Positions 1-12,586 of a DNA stretch of 64,000 nucleotides are shown here, piece by piece (the stretch's first letter is position 1; every line of letters starts with the position of its first letter). The notes beneath the pieces were generated by a model. It did not search any database. It worked only from the letters and a program-made list of their open reading frames with translations, and had not been told where the DNA came from. Location of the stretch: assembly GCF_018350175.1 (NCBI RefSeq), contig NC_058368.1:178004001-178068000 (forward strand). Reading direction: 5' to 3'. Source of the stretch: Felis catus. Its lineage: Eukaryota. The position numbers were made by a program, and so were the translations under genes.

Positions 1-3000
1 ATGGGTGGTCTATTTACATACACAGTTAAACTATTAACTATACTTTTAATTGGTACATTTTATTCCAAGAGCATGCTTATGCTGGATTACTGTGATTATA
101 CTGTTACTGAACTCCAGAATATTTACGTATCTCAGAAACAGTCCACATCGCTGGACGACAAACTGGTCAACCTGAGTTTGCTAGATCTCCCTGACTAGAC
201 TCGTGCTGCTCTAGATACAAGGTAGGCTGCCTACTGTCATGCATCTCCTTTCCCAGACGTCTCACTCTTAACAAGCCCCTTCCATACATCGACTATGTGT
301 TCATTAATTCAACAAATATTTACTAAGAATTTACTAATGTTAGGCTCTGTAATGGTCGCCGAAGAGGCAGTGAACCCCAGTTAACCTGATTGATTTGTGT
401 TTCTTCCAGCGTGGAACCCTTGAGGCTTTGCTCCTGCTTCCTAGAATGTGCATCTCGCTTTCCTTCCTTTCCCGTGGCTTCTACGACTTCTTGTGAATTC
501 CATTCAGGAATTCCATCTGCCAGAAGCCTTCTTTGATTCTCATTATCTGGGCTGATATCCTGCGCTCTGTGCTCTTATGACACCTTATGCTTACCATTAT
601 CACAACACGCTACAGTATGATACTATATTTTCCAAATTAATTTGTATTTCATTAAAATTATACATACACATCATTAAAAAAATCAAATAGTAATAATGAA
701 AAGCTGCCATCCTCTGACATAACTCTCTCCACTCCTGATTCCAATACATGGTAAAACCCACTTTCAACATTTTTAGCTATTTCTTTTACTATTTTCATGC
801 ATTCTTATAAATAACATGACAATACAGCTATTTCTTGAACAGCTATTTTTGAACTTCAAATATTATCCTTTGACTCCCTAACATATTTATGACCGTGGAC
901 CCATTATTCACAAAAAGGCTACATAGTACTACGACTGGATTTCCTTTCCTGTACAAACATTTAGTCTGATTCACTTTTTATTTGCTTAAGTTTTCTATGT
1001 TTCTATGTACCATGAATCCAAATCTGTAAAACTCCTCTACTCCTCTCAATGTGATCCAACACGTCAATTAGGCAATCGATCTGTCAGTTACTTTAAAAAA
1101 TAAAAAGGAAAAAAACCCCAATGACCTCCCACCAGCACCAGTCTGAACTATCTGTGCTGGAGGCAATAGATGCCATCCTAGAGCTTCCTTCCTTGCCTCT
1201 TTCCTGTGTTGAATTCCTGATTCTCAGGTCCCATGCTTTCCTTCCTCTTTCTGGATTTACTCTCTTAATTTGATGGAACACAGCCTCCAGCAGCTTCCTG
1301 GTAAAGCATGTAAAAGAAGTAAAGTTTGAGGCGTTGTCTGTCTGAAGATGTCTTTATTCTAACTTCACACCCGTTTAACTCTGAATATAAAACTTCAAGT
1401 TGGAATTCATTCCCCCCCCCCCAAAAAATGAGAATGTTGTTCCACTGTCTTCCATTTCTAGTGTTGCAAATGGGAAAGACAATATAATTTCCATTCTTAA
1501 TCCACTGAATGTGACCTGTTTCATCTCTCTGAAAGCTTTCTTCTCTTTTATCCTCCTTGATGGTGTGAGTTTACAATGATGTGCCTGAATATAGATCTTC
1601 ATTCACTCCCTTTGTTGGACCCCTGCATAGTCCTTTTTTAATATACAATATCTTATCTCTCATTCCAATATGGAACCTCTTCTATTACAAAAAGTTTTCT
1701 AGTACTCATTCATATCCTCTTATTAGAACTCTTATTAATCCACTGTCGGACTGATTGTCCAATTTTCTTCTTTCTGTCTTCTATTGCCCATTTTTACTTT
1801 AACTTTTTGCGCGATATTTGCTACTTTATCTTCTAAATCGTCTACCAAGATTTTATGCTCTCATATCTTAAATTTCAAAGAGTTCTTACCTCTCTGAATT
1901 ATCTTCTTTATAGAATCCTGTTCTTATTTCATGGTTGCAATATTATTTTGCTTTGTTCCAATTTCTTATTTTCTGTTTATTTTTCTCTCTGATTTTCATA
2001 TAAGAGGTCTTCTTCAAAAGGCTGGCAGTTGTCAACTGTCTGTTCACTTCTTAGAGTGAGTGACTCAAGACTGTGTTCACAAAAGGGCTTATCACTGTAG
2101 GTTCATAAAGTAGGTTGATCTTTAAACTGGGGACCTCACATACCTGTATTTATAGGACTCTCTCTTAAATATATTCCTTACTCCTAAAAGCATTTCACCG
2201 ATCTCCTACTTTGGAGTTTCAAGCCCAGCTAACAGTGTTATGATAGCAACAGCTGGGAAATGTCTGGGTGTATTTTCAGGCCAGCATCTCATTTGCATCA
2301 CCAGCTATCCAAACTTGCATGAAAGGAAAAAGTCCTTTGTCCTGTAAGAACTGGAGAGGAGTCTCTAGTTGTGCTGGAGTAGGTAAGAGCCATCAGAATC
2401 CACCTAATCCAAATACATATTTCAAATCAGTTCTCCTATTTTCAGTCACACCTTGAACCCTAGTCTTCAAAGTATCTAGCATCTCCTTCTGAGCCTTTTC
2501 AGAGTTCTTCATGCAAATTATCTGCCTAATTATTGGCTCCCTCCACTGCAAGCATTTAAGGTTCAGTTCTCTCAATTATATTAAGCCAAATACAACCTAT
2601 ATATCTGGTTGCTAACTTCAAGTATTTCATGGTCTAGCATCTCTCCCATTTTTTTTCCTTGTAAGTATACTGGTTTGTTTTTGTTTTTTTAATTTCTTTA
2701 TTGTCATTATAGTAAGCTTTCAAGGCATGGAGGCAGATAAGTGTGAATATTCAATTTGCTATGTTTAAGTAGAGTGCCTATAATTATTTGTTTTGTAGAT
2801 TAAAAATTCCAAATATAGTAAAAGGAATAAAATATAATGATAATAAACATCCATGAAACCCACCATGCAGACTAACAAATAAAACAGTACAGATATAAGT
2901 GAAGTCTTTGTATCTTCTCTATTTCCATGCTTCTGCTCAACCAGAGATAACCATTATCCTGAATTCACTTTTTAACCAATCCCATGTACACCTTTAGATT

Positions 3001-3023
3001 TTTACTATATAAAAGAATTCATA

Positions 3024-3242
3024 GGGGTGCCTGGATGGCTCAGTTGGTTAAGCATCTGACTTTGGCTCAGGTCATAATCTCACAGTTCATGAGTTCAGTT
3101 CGTGAGTTTGGCTTATGAGTTAGAGCCCTGCATCAGGCTTACTGCTATCAGCACAGAGCCTGCTTTGGATCCTCTGTCTCCCTCTGTCTGCCCCTCTCCC
3201 ACTTGTGCTCTCTCTCTCTCAAAAACAAATAAACATTAAAAA
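3024..3242 (+). mobile_element. Can-SINE (SINEC_Fc-like)
   Basis: GGGGTGCCTGGATGGCTCAGTTGG head, CT-rich tract, A tail. TSD AAAAGAATTCAT at 3011-3022 and 3243-3254. Confidence 0.92.
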
Positions 3243-4758
3243 AAAAGAATTCATGAACATTTATTATTCTTAACATTCGGATCCTCTGTCTCTCTCTCTC
3301 TGCCCCTCTCCCACTTGTACTCTCTCTCGCAAAAGTAAACATTAAAAAAACGAATTCATGAACATTTGTTATTCTTAACATATTTGATAGAAGGAGTATC
3401 ATATTATATATTTCATTCAACAACTTTTTTCATACAAAAATATGGCAGCTTTGTTGGATTTAGCCAAAAATGAACGCAGTTTAAATTATTCATTTTGATT
3501 GCTGTACAGAATCCCATTGAAAGACTACACAAAAATTTATTTACCCATTCTCCTGCTGATGGGCAAGTTTCCTTTCTATTTTCGTAATTACACACCAGGC
3601 TTCTATGAATAATCTTTTGTAAAGAAAATCGTATTAAAGAATAACATACACAAGGTGCATAAATTCTAATTATGAGCTCGGTGAATTTTTACATGTGTAT
3701 ACTCTCAGAGAACTCCCCAAAAGATAAAAATATCTCCAGCCCCCCAAAGGCTCTCCTGCTCACCTTTCCAGAGAATATACTTTCTCTCCCCAAAGGGAAC
3801 CACCATTCTGACTTTCATCACCATAACTGAAAAACCGGTAGCTCAGTATGCATGGCTTCCTTTTCCCTCCCTGTCTCCTTACCCCCCAAGTCTTTTGGTT
3901 AGAAAATGCTACCAGTCTGGTAATAAGATTTCTGTGGAGTAGTTGGCATTCCTTGGGCTCTTGAGTTAGTAGAAGACTTTAAGTTGAGTAGGGAATGCAC
4001 ATCCATTGGGAAGCAGAGCATTTCCGTGTAGTATGATATTTATTACACTATACACTAATTTATCCATTCAACTGCGGGGGAACATGAGTTTCCAGTTCTT
4101 AGATGTTATAAATGAAGCTGCTGTGACATTCCTGTAATATATAAACTCATTTCTTTACCTAAGTGTAAAACTGATGATTGTGGGGTAGGTTATGTTCAGC
4201 TTTAGCAAATATCACCAAAGAGTTTTCCAACATGGTTATGTACACTCCCACAAGCAATGTATGATAGTTTCATGTACTCCACTTTATCATCAAGGCTTGG
4301 TTTTATCACTCTTCACTTTTAGCCATTATGCCAGGTGTGTAATAGTATTTCACCTGAGTTTTAATTAATATTTTCTGCTAATTAACAATGTTAAGCATCT
4401 TTGTGATTATTAGCCATTTAGATATCTTTTGATGAGCGTGTTTAAATCTTTTCCCCATTTTAAAAATGAGTTTTGTCTTTTGTAGATAAGACACTCACCT
4501 ACTATAAAAATCACACATTTAAAGTGTGATTCAATGGTTTTTAGTATATTCACTGATATTTTCAACCACCATTACAATCAATTTTAGAATATTTGCAACA
4601 CCACAACAAGAAATCCTTATAAGGAAACCAATAATCTACTTGTGTTTCTACAGATTTGCCTATTTTGGAAATTTCATATAAATGAAATCACATAATATTT
4701 GTCCTTCAGTGCATGGCTTCCTTCACCTGGCATAATGCTTTTTAGAATCATCTAGGCT

Positions 4759-4901
4759 GGGGTGCCTGGGTGGCTCAGTTGTTAAGCATCTGACTTCAGT
4801 TCAGGTCATGATCAAGGTTTGTGACTTGTAGTCCTACATAGTGTGAGCTCAAGCCCCACTTCGGGTGAGCTTGAGCCCTGCTTCAGGTGAACACAAGCTC
4901 C

Positions 4902-4960
<59 letters not shown>

Positions 4961-5016
4961 CTCTCTCTGCCCCTCACTTGCACCCTCTCTCTCACTCTCT
5001 CTCTCTCAAAAAAAAA
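4759..5016 (+). mobile_element. Can-SINE variant with a long (CT)n tract
   Basis: tRNA-like head, (CT)n at about 4905-4957, A tail, degenerate TSD aatcatctagg/aatcacctacg. Confidence 0.85.
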
Positions 5017-5848
5017 AATCACCTACGTTGTAGCATGTATAAATATTTCATTCCTTTTTACTACTGAGTAATATTTCACTTTGGGATATACCACTTTTTC
5101 TTTATTCTTCAGTTGATGGACATCCGGATTTTTTCTGGTATTAGGAATAATGTTTCTGTGAACAGTTATGTAAAGTTTTCATGTGGATGTGTGTTTTCAT
5201 TTCTTGTGGGTATATACGTGGGATTGGAGTTATTGGATCACATGGTAACTCTCTGTTTAACTTTTTGAAGAACTTCCAGACTGCTTTCCAAACTGGTTGT
5301 ACCATTTTACATTCCCACCAAAAGTGAATGAAGGTCCAATTTCTCCACATCCTCACCAATACTGTTATTATCTGTCTTCATAATTATATCCATCCTAGGG
5401 GTTGTAAAGTGGTATCTCATTGTAGTAATGACATGAATTTCCCTGAATTACAGCAACTTAATTTCTCATTACTATAGTGGTGTTAAATGCCTTTCCAAGT
5501 GCCCACTGGCCATTTGTGTGTCTTCTTTGGAGAAACATCTATTCAAATTTTTTGTCCATTTTTAAATTGGGTTATATACCTTTTTATTATAGAGATGTAA
5601 GAGCTCTTTATAAATGTTGATATAAGTCCCTTATTAGCTAAACAATTTGCACATATTTTCTACCATTCTGTGGTTTGTGTTTTCATTTTCTTGATGGTGT
5701 CATTTAGAGCAAAACAGTTTTTAATTTTGATGAAGTCCAATTTATCTATTTTTGTCTGGCTGCTTGTGCTTTCAGTGTTGTATCTAAGAAACCATTACTC
5801 AATTCAAAGTTGTAAACATTTACTTCTGTTTTTTTCTAAGAGTTTCAG

Positions 5849-6144
5849 TTTTTTTTTTTTTTTGAGGTTAACCACTTGTACCATTTATTTTCAATCTTCC
5901 TTTATTTTCTTTTTATATAATTGTCAAATTGGTTTCCATACAATACCCAGTGCTCATCCCAACATTCAATCTTCCTTTAAAAGAAAACCATGGTAGGGGT
6001 GCCTGGGTGGCTCATTTGGTTAGTGTCCAACTTCAGCTCAGGTCACGATCTCACGGTTTGTGGGTTTGAGCCCCGAGTCAGGCTATGTGCTGACATCTTA
6101 AAGCCTGGAGCCTGCTTTGGATTCTGTATCTCCCTGTGTCTCTG
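5849..6144 (-). pseudogene. Retroposed polyadenylated RNA fragment (3' UTR-like) containing a truncated antisense Can-SINE (5996-6144, + strand)
   Basis: T15 at 5849-5863, TTTATT (AATAAA on minus) at 5884-5889, flanking TTCAGTTTT at 5844-5852 and 6145-6153 interrupting an old L1. Confidence 0.7.
5905..5964 (-). mobile_element. 60-bp L1 3'-terminal stub
   Basis: attgtcaaattggtttccatacaatacccagtgctcatccc matches the 3' end of the full-length L1 near 12361-12400. Perfect TSD TTCAATCTTCCTTTA at 5890-5904 and 5965-5979. Confidence 0.9.
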
Positions 6145-8128
6145 TTCAGTTTTAACTCTTACATTTAAATCTGATTCATTTTGACTTAATTTTTATGTAT
6201 GGTGGGAGACAGTGGTCCAACCTCATTCTTTTGCATGTGGATATCCAGTTGTCCCAGCACCATTTGTTGAAAAGACTACTCTTTCACCACTAGATTGTCT
6301 TGGCATCCTTGTCAAAAATAAACTGACTGCAAACATGAGGGTTTATAACTAGATTCTCAACTCTATTTCACTGACCTATATGTCTGTCCTTATGAAAGTA
6401 CTACACTGTCCTGATTGTTGTTACTTGGTATTAAGTTGTAAAATGGGGAAGGGAGTGTTCCTATTTTCAAGATTGTTTTGGCTGTTCTTGGTCCTTTGAA
6501 TTCCCATATGAATTTTAGGATAAGCTTGCCAACTCCTGCAAGCTAAGATAGCTAAGATTTTGATAAAGATTGTGTTGAAGCTATAGATCAATCTGTGGAA
6601 TATTGCCATCTTAACAGTAAGTCTTTTGTTTCATGACCATGGAATAGAATATCTTTTCATTTATTAGGTTTTCTTTCATTTATTCCAACAATGTTTTGTA
6701 GTTTCTAGTTGATAAGTTTTGCACTTCTTTTGTTAAACTTATTCTTAAGCATTTAATTATTTTCATGCTATTGTGAATGAAATGTTTTGTTCATTTAAAT
6801 TACAGGTTGTTTACTGCAAGTATATAAAAATCAATTGTGTTGTCTATTCTGCACACTTACTGCTTTCTAAAATTAGTCTAATAGTATTTCTGCTGATTAA
6901 AATTTTCTATATTCAAGTCATGCCATCTGTGAAGAGATACAGTTTTAAGTTTTACTTCTTCTCTTCCAAATGGGGTGACTTTATTTCATTTTATTGCCCA
7001 CTTTCCCTGACCAGAACCTCTACTACAATGTTTAACGTAAGTAACGAGACATCCTTGTCTTGCTCTTGATCACAGAGGTAAGTATTTATGTTGTTAGATT
7101 CAGTCAGCCTGTATTTCTTTAGTTTAGTTAATTTGTTTCTTTTGTTGTTGTTGTTTTTTGCATCTATATTCGTAAGAAATATTGGTGAGTACTTTTTTCT
7201 ATTTCTATGGTCCTGGTACCAGGGTAAAATGGCCTCATTGAATGAGCTGGGAAGTATCCCCTCCTCTTCTACTTTTTGGAAGCATTTATAAAGAATTGGT
7301 ATTAATAATTAATAATTAAAATAAATTAATTAAAAATAATTTTAATAAATAATATAATTTATATTATATTATAATTATTATATAATAAACAATATAATTT
7401 AATAAATTTTAATAAACAATTAAAATAATTAATAATTAATAATTGGTATTAATTCTTTGAATGTCTGGTAGAAATCACTAGGAAGTCCATCTGGGCCTGG
7501 ACTCTTCTTTGTGGGCAGTCTCATTAGAATTCAATCTCTTTAGCTGTTACACTTTTATTCAGATTTCTGTATTTTCTTGAATAAGTTTAAGTAGTTTATG
7601 TCTTTTTGGAAATGTAACCATTCCATCTAAGTTATCTAACTTAATGGCATTCAAATGTTCATAATATTCCATTATAATCATTTTTATTTCTGGAAGGTCA
7701 ATAGTAATGTCTTCTGTTTCATTCCTGATTTTAGTACTTTTGAGACTTTTCTCTTTTTTTGTCAATCTAGCTAAAGGTATGTCAATTTAGTATTTATAAA
7801 GAACCAAGTTTGGATTTCACTGACTTTTGCTATTGTTTTAAATTTCTATTTCATTAATTTCTACTCTAATCTTTATTATATCCTTTCTTCTGCTTGCTTT
7901 AGGTTTAGTTTCTTTTTATTCTTCCAGTGTGTTAAGGTGAAAGGTTGGGCCACTTATCTAAGATATTTTTTGATTTTAATTAAGGTCTTTATAAATATAA
8001 ATTTACCCCTAAATACTGCTTTAGCTAATTTTGTAAGTTCTGATATGTGTCTTCATTTTCTTTCACCTGAAAGTATTTCTTAATTCCCTTGTGATTTTTC
8101 TTCTTTGACTCATTAGTCATTTAGAATT

Positions 8129-10200
8129 GTGTTGGAAGTCCTAGTCTCAGCAATCAGACAACAACAACAACAAAAAAAAACAAAAGGCATCCAAACCGGA
8201 AAGGAGGTGGTCAAACTTTAGCTCTTTGCAGATGACATGATACTCTATATGGAAGACCTAAGACTCCACCAAAAAACTGCTGGAACTGATATATGAATTC
8301 AGCAAAGTCACAGGATATAATATCAATGTACAGAGATCGGTTGCATTTCTATACACAAATAATGAAGCAGCAGATAGAGAAATCAAGGAATCAATCCCAT
8401 TTACAATTGCACCAAATGGCATAAAATACTTAGGAATAAACCTAACCACAGAGGTGAAAGATCTATACACTGAAAACTATAGAAAGCTTATGAAAGAAAC
8501 TGAAGAAGACACAAAGAAATGGAAAAACATTCCATTCTCATGGATTGGAAGAACAAATATTGTTAAAATGTCAATACTATCCAAAGCCATCTATATATTC
8601 AATGCAATCCCTATCAAAACAACACTAGCATTCTTCACACAGCTAGAACAATTCTAAAATTTGTATGGAACCAGAAAAGACCCTGAATAGCCAAAGTAAT
8701 GTTGAAAAAGAAAACCAAAGCTGGAGGCATCACAATTCCAGACTTCAAGCTGTATTACAAAGCTGTAATCATCAATTCAGTATGGTACTAGCACAAAAAC
8801 AGACACACAGACCAATGGAACAGAACAGAGAACCCAGATATGGACCCACAAACGGATGGCCAACTAATCTTTGATAAAGCAGGAAAGAACATCCAGTGGA
8901 AAAAAGACAGTCTCTTCAGCAAATGGTGCTGGGAAAACTGGACAGCAACATGCAGAAAAATGAACCTGGGCCACTTTTTCACACCATACACAAAAATTAA
9001 CTCAAAAATGGATGAAACACCTAGATGTAAGACAGAAAGCAATCAAAATCCTAGAGGAGAGAATAGGCAACAACCTCTTTAACCTCGGCCACAGCAACTT
9101 CTTACTTGACATGTCTTTGGAGACAAGGGAAACAAAAGCCAAAATGAACTACTGGGACCTCATCAAGATAAAAAGCTTCTGCACAGCGAAGGAAACAATC
9201 AGCAAAACTAAAAGGCAACCGATGGAATGGGAGAAGATATTTGCAAATGATATGTCAGATAAAGGGTTAGTATCCAAAACCTATAAAGAACTTATCAAAC
9301 TCATCACCCAAAAAACAAATTTCCCAGTGAAGAAATGGACAAAAGACATGAATAGACACTTCTCCAAAGAAAACATCCAGATGGCTAACAGACACATGAA
9401 ATGATGCTCAACGCCACTCATCATCAGGGAAATACAAATCAAAACCACCTCACACCTGTCAGAATGGCAAAAATTAACAACTCAGGCAACAACAGATGTT
9501 GGCAAGGATGCAAAGAAAGGGGAACCCCTTTTGCACTGCTGGTGGGAATGCAAATTGGTGCAGCCACTCTGGAAAAGAGTATGGAGGCTCCTCAAAAAAT
9601 TAAAAATAGAACTACCCTACGACCCAGCAATTGCGCTACTAGGTATGACCCAAAGGATATTAAAATGCTGATTCGAAGAGGCACATGCATCCCAATGTTT
9701 ATAGCCACTCTATCGTCAATAGCCAAAGTATGGAAAGGGCCCAAATGTCCATTGACTGATGAATGGATAAAGAAGATGTGATATATATATATACGATAGA
9801 ATTGGTGAGCAAAAAAGGATGAAATCTTGCCATTAGCAACACATGGATGGAACTAGACTGTATTATGTTCAGTGAAGTAAGTCAGTCAGAGAAAGACAAA
9901 TATCCTATGATTTCACTCATATATGGAATTTAAGAAACAAAACAGATTAAGAGAGGAAAAGGGAAGCAAAAATAATATAAAAACAGAGAGGGAGACAAAA
10001 CATAAGAGACTCTTAAATACAGAGAAAAACTGAGGGTTGTTGGTGGGGTGTTGGGTGGGGGGATGGGCTAAATGGGCGATGGGCATTAAGGAGGGCACTT
10101 GTTGGAATGAGCACTGGGTGCTATATGTAAGCGATGAATCACTAAATTCTATTCCCGAAATTATTATTATACTATATGTTAACTAACTTGGATTTAAATA
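8129..10200 (+). mobile_element. 5'-truncated carnivore L1 (ORF2 3' part plus 3' UTR), about 2.1 kb, nested in an older L1
   Basis: Starts within RT (gaagtcctagtctcagcaatcagac; ctttgcagatgacatgatac = FADDMI). ORF2 fragments at 8454-9781, then a carnivore 3' UTR (gatgggcattaaggagggcac...gagcactgggtg). Confidence 0.9.
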
Positions 10201-10311
10201 CTAGAATAGAATAGAAAGAATAGAATAGAATAGAATAGAATAGAGTAGAATACAATACAATACAATACAATACAATACAATACAATACAATACAATACAA
10301 TACAATACAAT
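10201..10311 (+). repeat. Compound pentanucleotide microsatellite (TAGAA)n(TACAA)12 at the L1 tail
   Basis: Read directly from the sequence. Confidence 0.97.
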
Positions 10312-10787
10312 GGTTCAATTTCCACATACTCTGAGTTATCCACATTTCTTTCTGTTATTGATTTCTATGTACTCCATTTTGATTAGAGAACATACTTTGT
10401 ACTATTTCAATTCTTTAAAATTTATTGAGTCTTGTTTTTTGATTGAGCATATGGTCTATCTTGGGCAATATTCTGTACATACTTGATAAGAATGTATATT
10501 CTGCTGTTGCTGGGTGTAGTGTTCTATAGCCGTCTGTGGTCTAGTTGGTTTATAGCATTGTTACAGACCTTCTACATAGTTGTTCCATCCATTATTAAAA
10601 CCAGGTCATTAAAGTCTTCAACTATTATTATTATTTCTGTCAGCTTTTGTTTCATGTGTTTTGGGCTTCTGTTGTTATGTACATATATGTTTATAATTGC
10701 TACATCTTTCTCATGAGTTGACCCTTCTATTATTACAAAATGTTCCTCTATTCCTAGTGACATTTTTTTGTTTTAAAGCCTATTTTA

Positions 10788-11006
10788 GGGGCGCCTGGGT
10801 GGCGCAGTCGGTTAAGCGTCCGACTTCAGCCAGGTCACGATCTCGTGGTCCGTGAGTTCGAGCCCCGCGTCAGGCTCTGGGCTGATGGCTCAGAGCCTGA
10901 AGCCTGTTTCCGATTCTGTGTCTCCCTCTCTCTCTGCCCCTCCCCCGTTCATGCTCTGTCTCTCTCTGTCCCAAAAATAAATAAAAACGTTGAAAAAAAA
11001 ATTTTT
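10788..11006 (+). mobile_element. Young SINEC_Fc
   Basis: CpG-rich head ggggcgcctgggtggcgcagtcgg, tail aaaaacgttgaaaaaaaaattttt, TSD aagcctatttta/aagtctatttta. Confidence 0.95.
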
Positions 11007-11992
11007 AAGTCTATTTTATCTGGTATTGGTATAGCCACTCCATCTTTTTTATATGGTTGCTGTCTATATGATATATGCTTTGCCATCCTTGTACTTTTGA
11101 CCTATTTGTATCCTTGACTTTAAAATGTGTGTTCTACAGATAGCATGTGCAAATTATTTTTTAAAACTCCAGTCTAATAATCTCTGCTACTCGTTGGCTT
11201 GCATAACCCATTCTAAATTTAATGTTATTATTGATACTGTAAGATCTATATCTGACATTTTTGTCGTGTTTCTTTTCCTCTAGCCTTCCTGTACTGCTTT
11301 CTTTTACATTAAATATTTTCTAGTGTAACATTTTAATAACTTTACTTTCAATAATTTTTTACTATACATTTTTTAGTAATTTTCTGTAGAGTTTCTCTAG
11401 GGGCTCACCATATACATTTTACCAGAATCTACCTAAGATTGATACTTAGTTCCAATGAGATAAAGAAATGTTATTCCTATATGGCTCTATTCTTTTTTTC
11501 CCTTTTTGTCATATTATTACTACATGATAAAACTATTACACCTTTATATATTATACACCCAGCAATAAATCATGATAATTATTTCATTTAACTTTATATC
11601 TTTTAATGAAGTTGAGAGAAAGAGAGCAAAAACGTATGTTTGAAGTGTTTGTTATATTAACATTCTTATTTACCATTTTTGGTTTTTTATTGGTTCCTGT
11701 GGACTTGAGTTGCCATCTTGTGTTATTTCCTTAGCCCCAAACGTTGCTCCTACCTATCTTCCTTGTGCTGTTATTGGCAAATATATTACATATTACATAT
11801 ATGTCATCAATTCAGTGTGTATGTATATAAAATACATAATTGTTTTATATAATTGCTTTTTAAAATCAGTTAAGAGAAAAATGTACTATATTTTATAATT
11901 GCTTAATTACCTTCACTAGTGTTCTTTGTTTTATTGTGTGGATTTATCTGAGGTCACTTGCTTTCGGCCTGAAGTACTTCCTTTAGTATTTC

Positions 11993-12213
11993 TTTTTTTT
12001 TTTTAGTTTTTGTTAATGATTATTTATTTTTGAGAGACAGAGACATGGCATGAGTGGGGGAGGGGTAGAGAGAGGGAGACAGAGAATCTGAAGCAGGCTC
12101 CAGGCTCAAGCTGTCAGCACAGAGCCTAACATGGGGCTTGAACTCACGAGCTGTGAGGTCATGACCTTAGCTGAAGTCTGACGCTCAGCCGACTGAGCCA
12201 CCCAGGTTCCCCC
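11993..12213 (-). mobile_element. Can-SINE
   Basis: Reverse-complement SINE with CTTTAGTATTTCTT on both sides. Confidence 0.92.
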
Positions 12214-12586
12214 TTTAGTATTTCTTATAAGGCAACTCTGAAAGCAATGAATTCTCTGTTTTTGTTTCCCTGGTAATATCTTTACTTTTCCTTTCATTTT
12301 TATTATTATTGTTTTTTTATAAAAATTTTTTTACATTTATTTTTTAAATATATGAAATTTATTGTCAAATTGGTTTCTATACAACACCCAGTGCTCATCC
12401 CAAAAGATGCCCGCCTCAATACCCATCACCCACTCCCCATCAGCCCACAGTTTGTTCTCAGTTTTTAAGAGTCTCTTATGATTTCGCTCTCTCCCACTCT
12501 AACCTCCCTTTTTTTTTTTTTTCCTTCCCCTCCCCCATGGGTTCCTGTTAAGTTTCTCAGGATTCACATAAGAGTGAAAACATATG

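Noticed and set aside
1..198. 65-aa plus-strand ORF, and AATAAA/ATTAAA on the minus strand as a possible alternative RANBP17 3' end
   Set aside because: No recognisable protein, cut by the window edge, no convincing acceptor, and these hexamers are frequent in AT-rich DNA.
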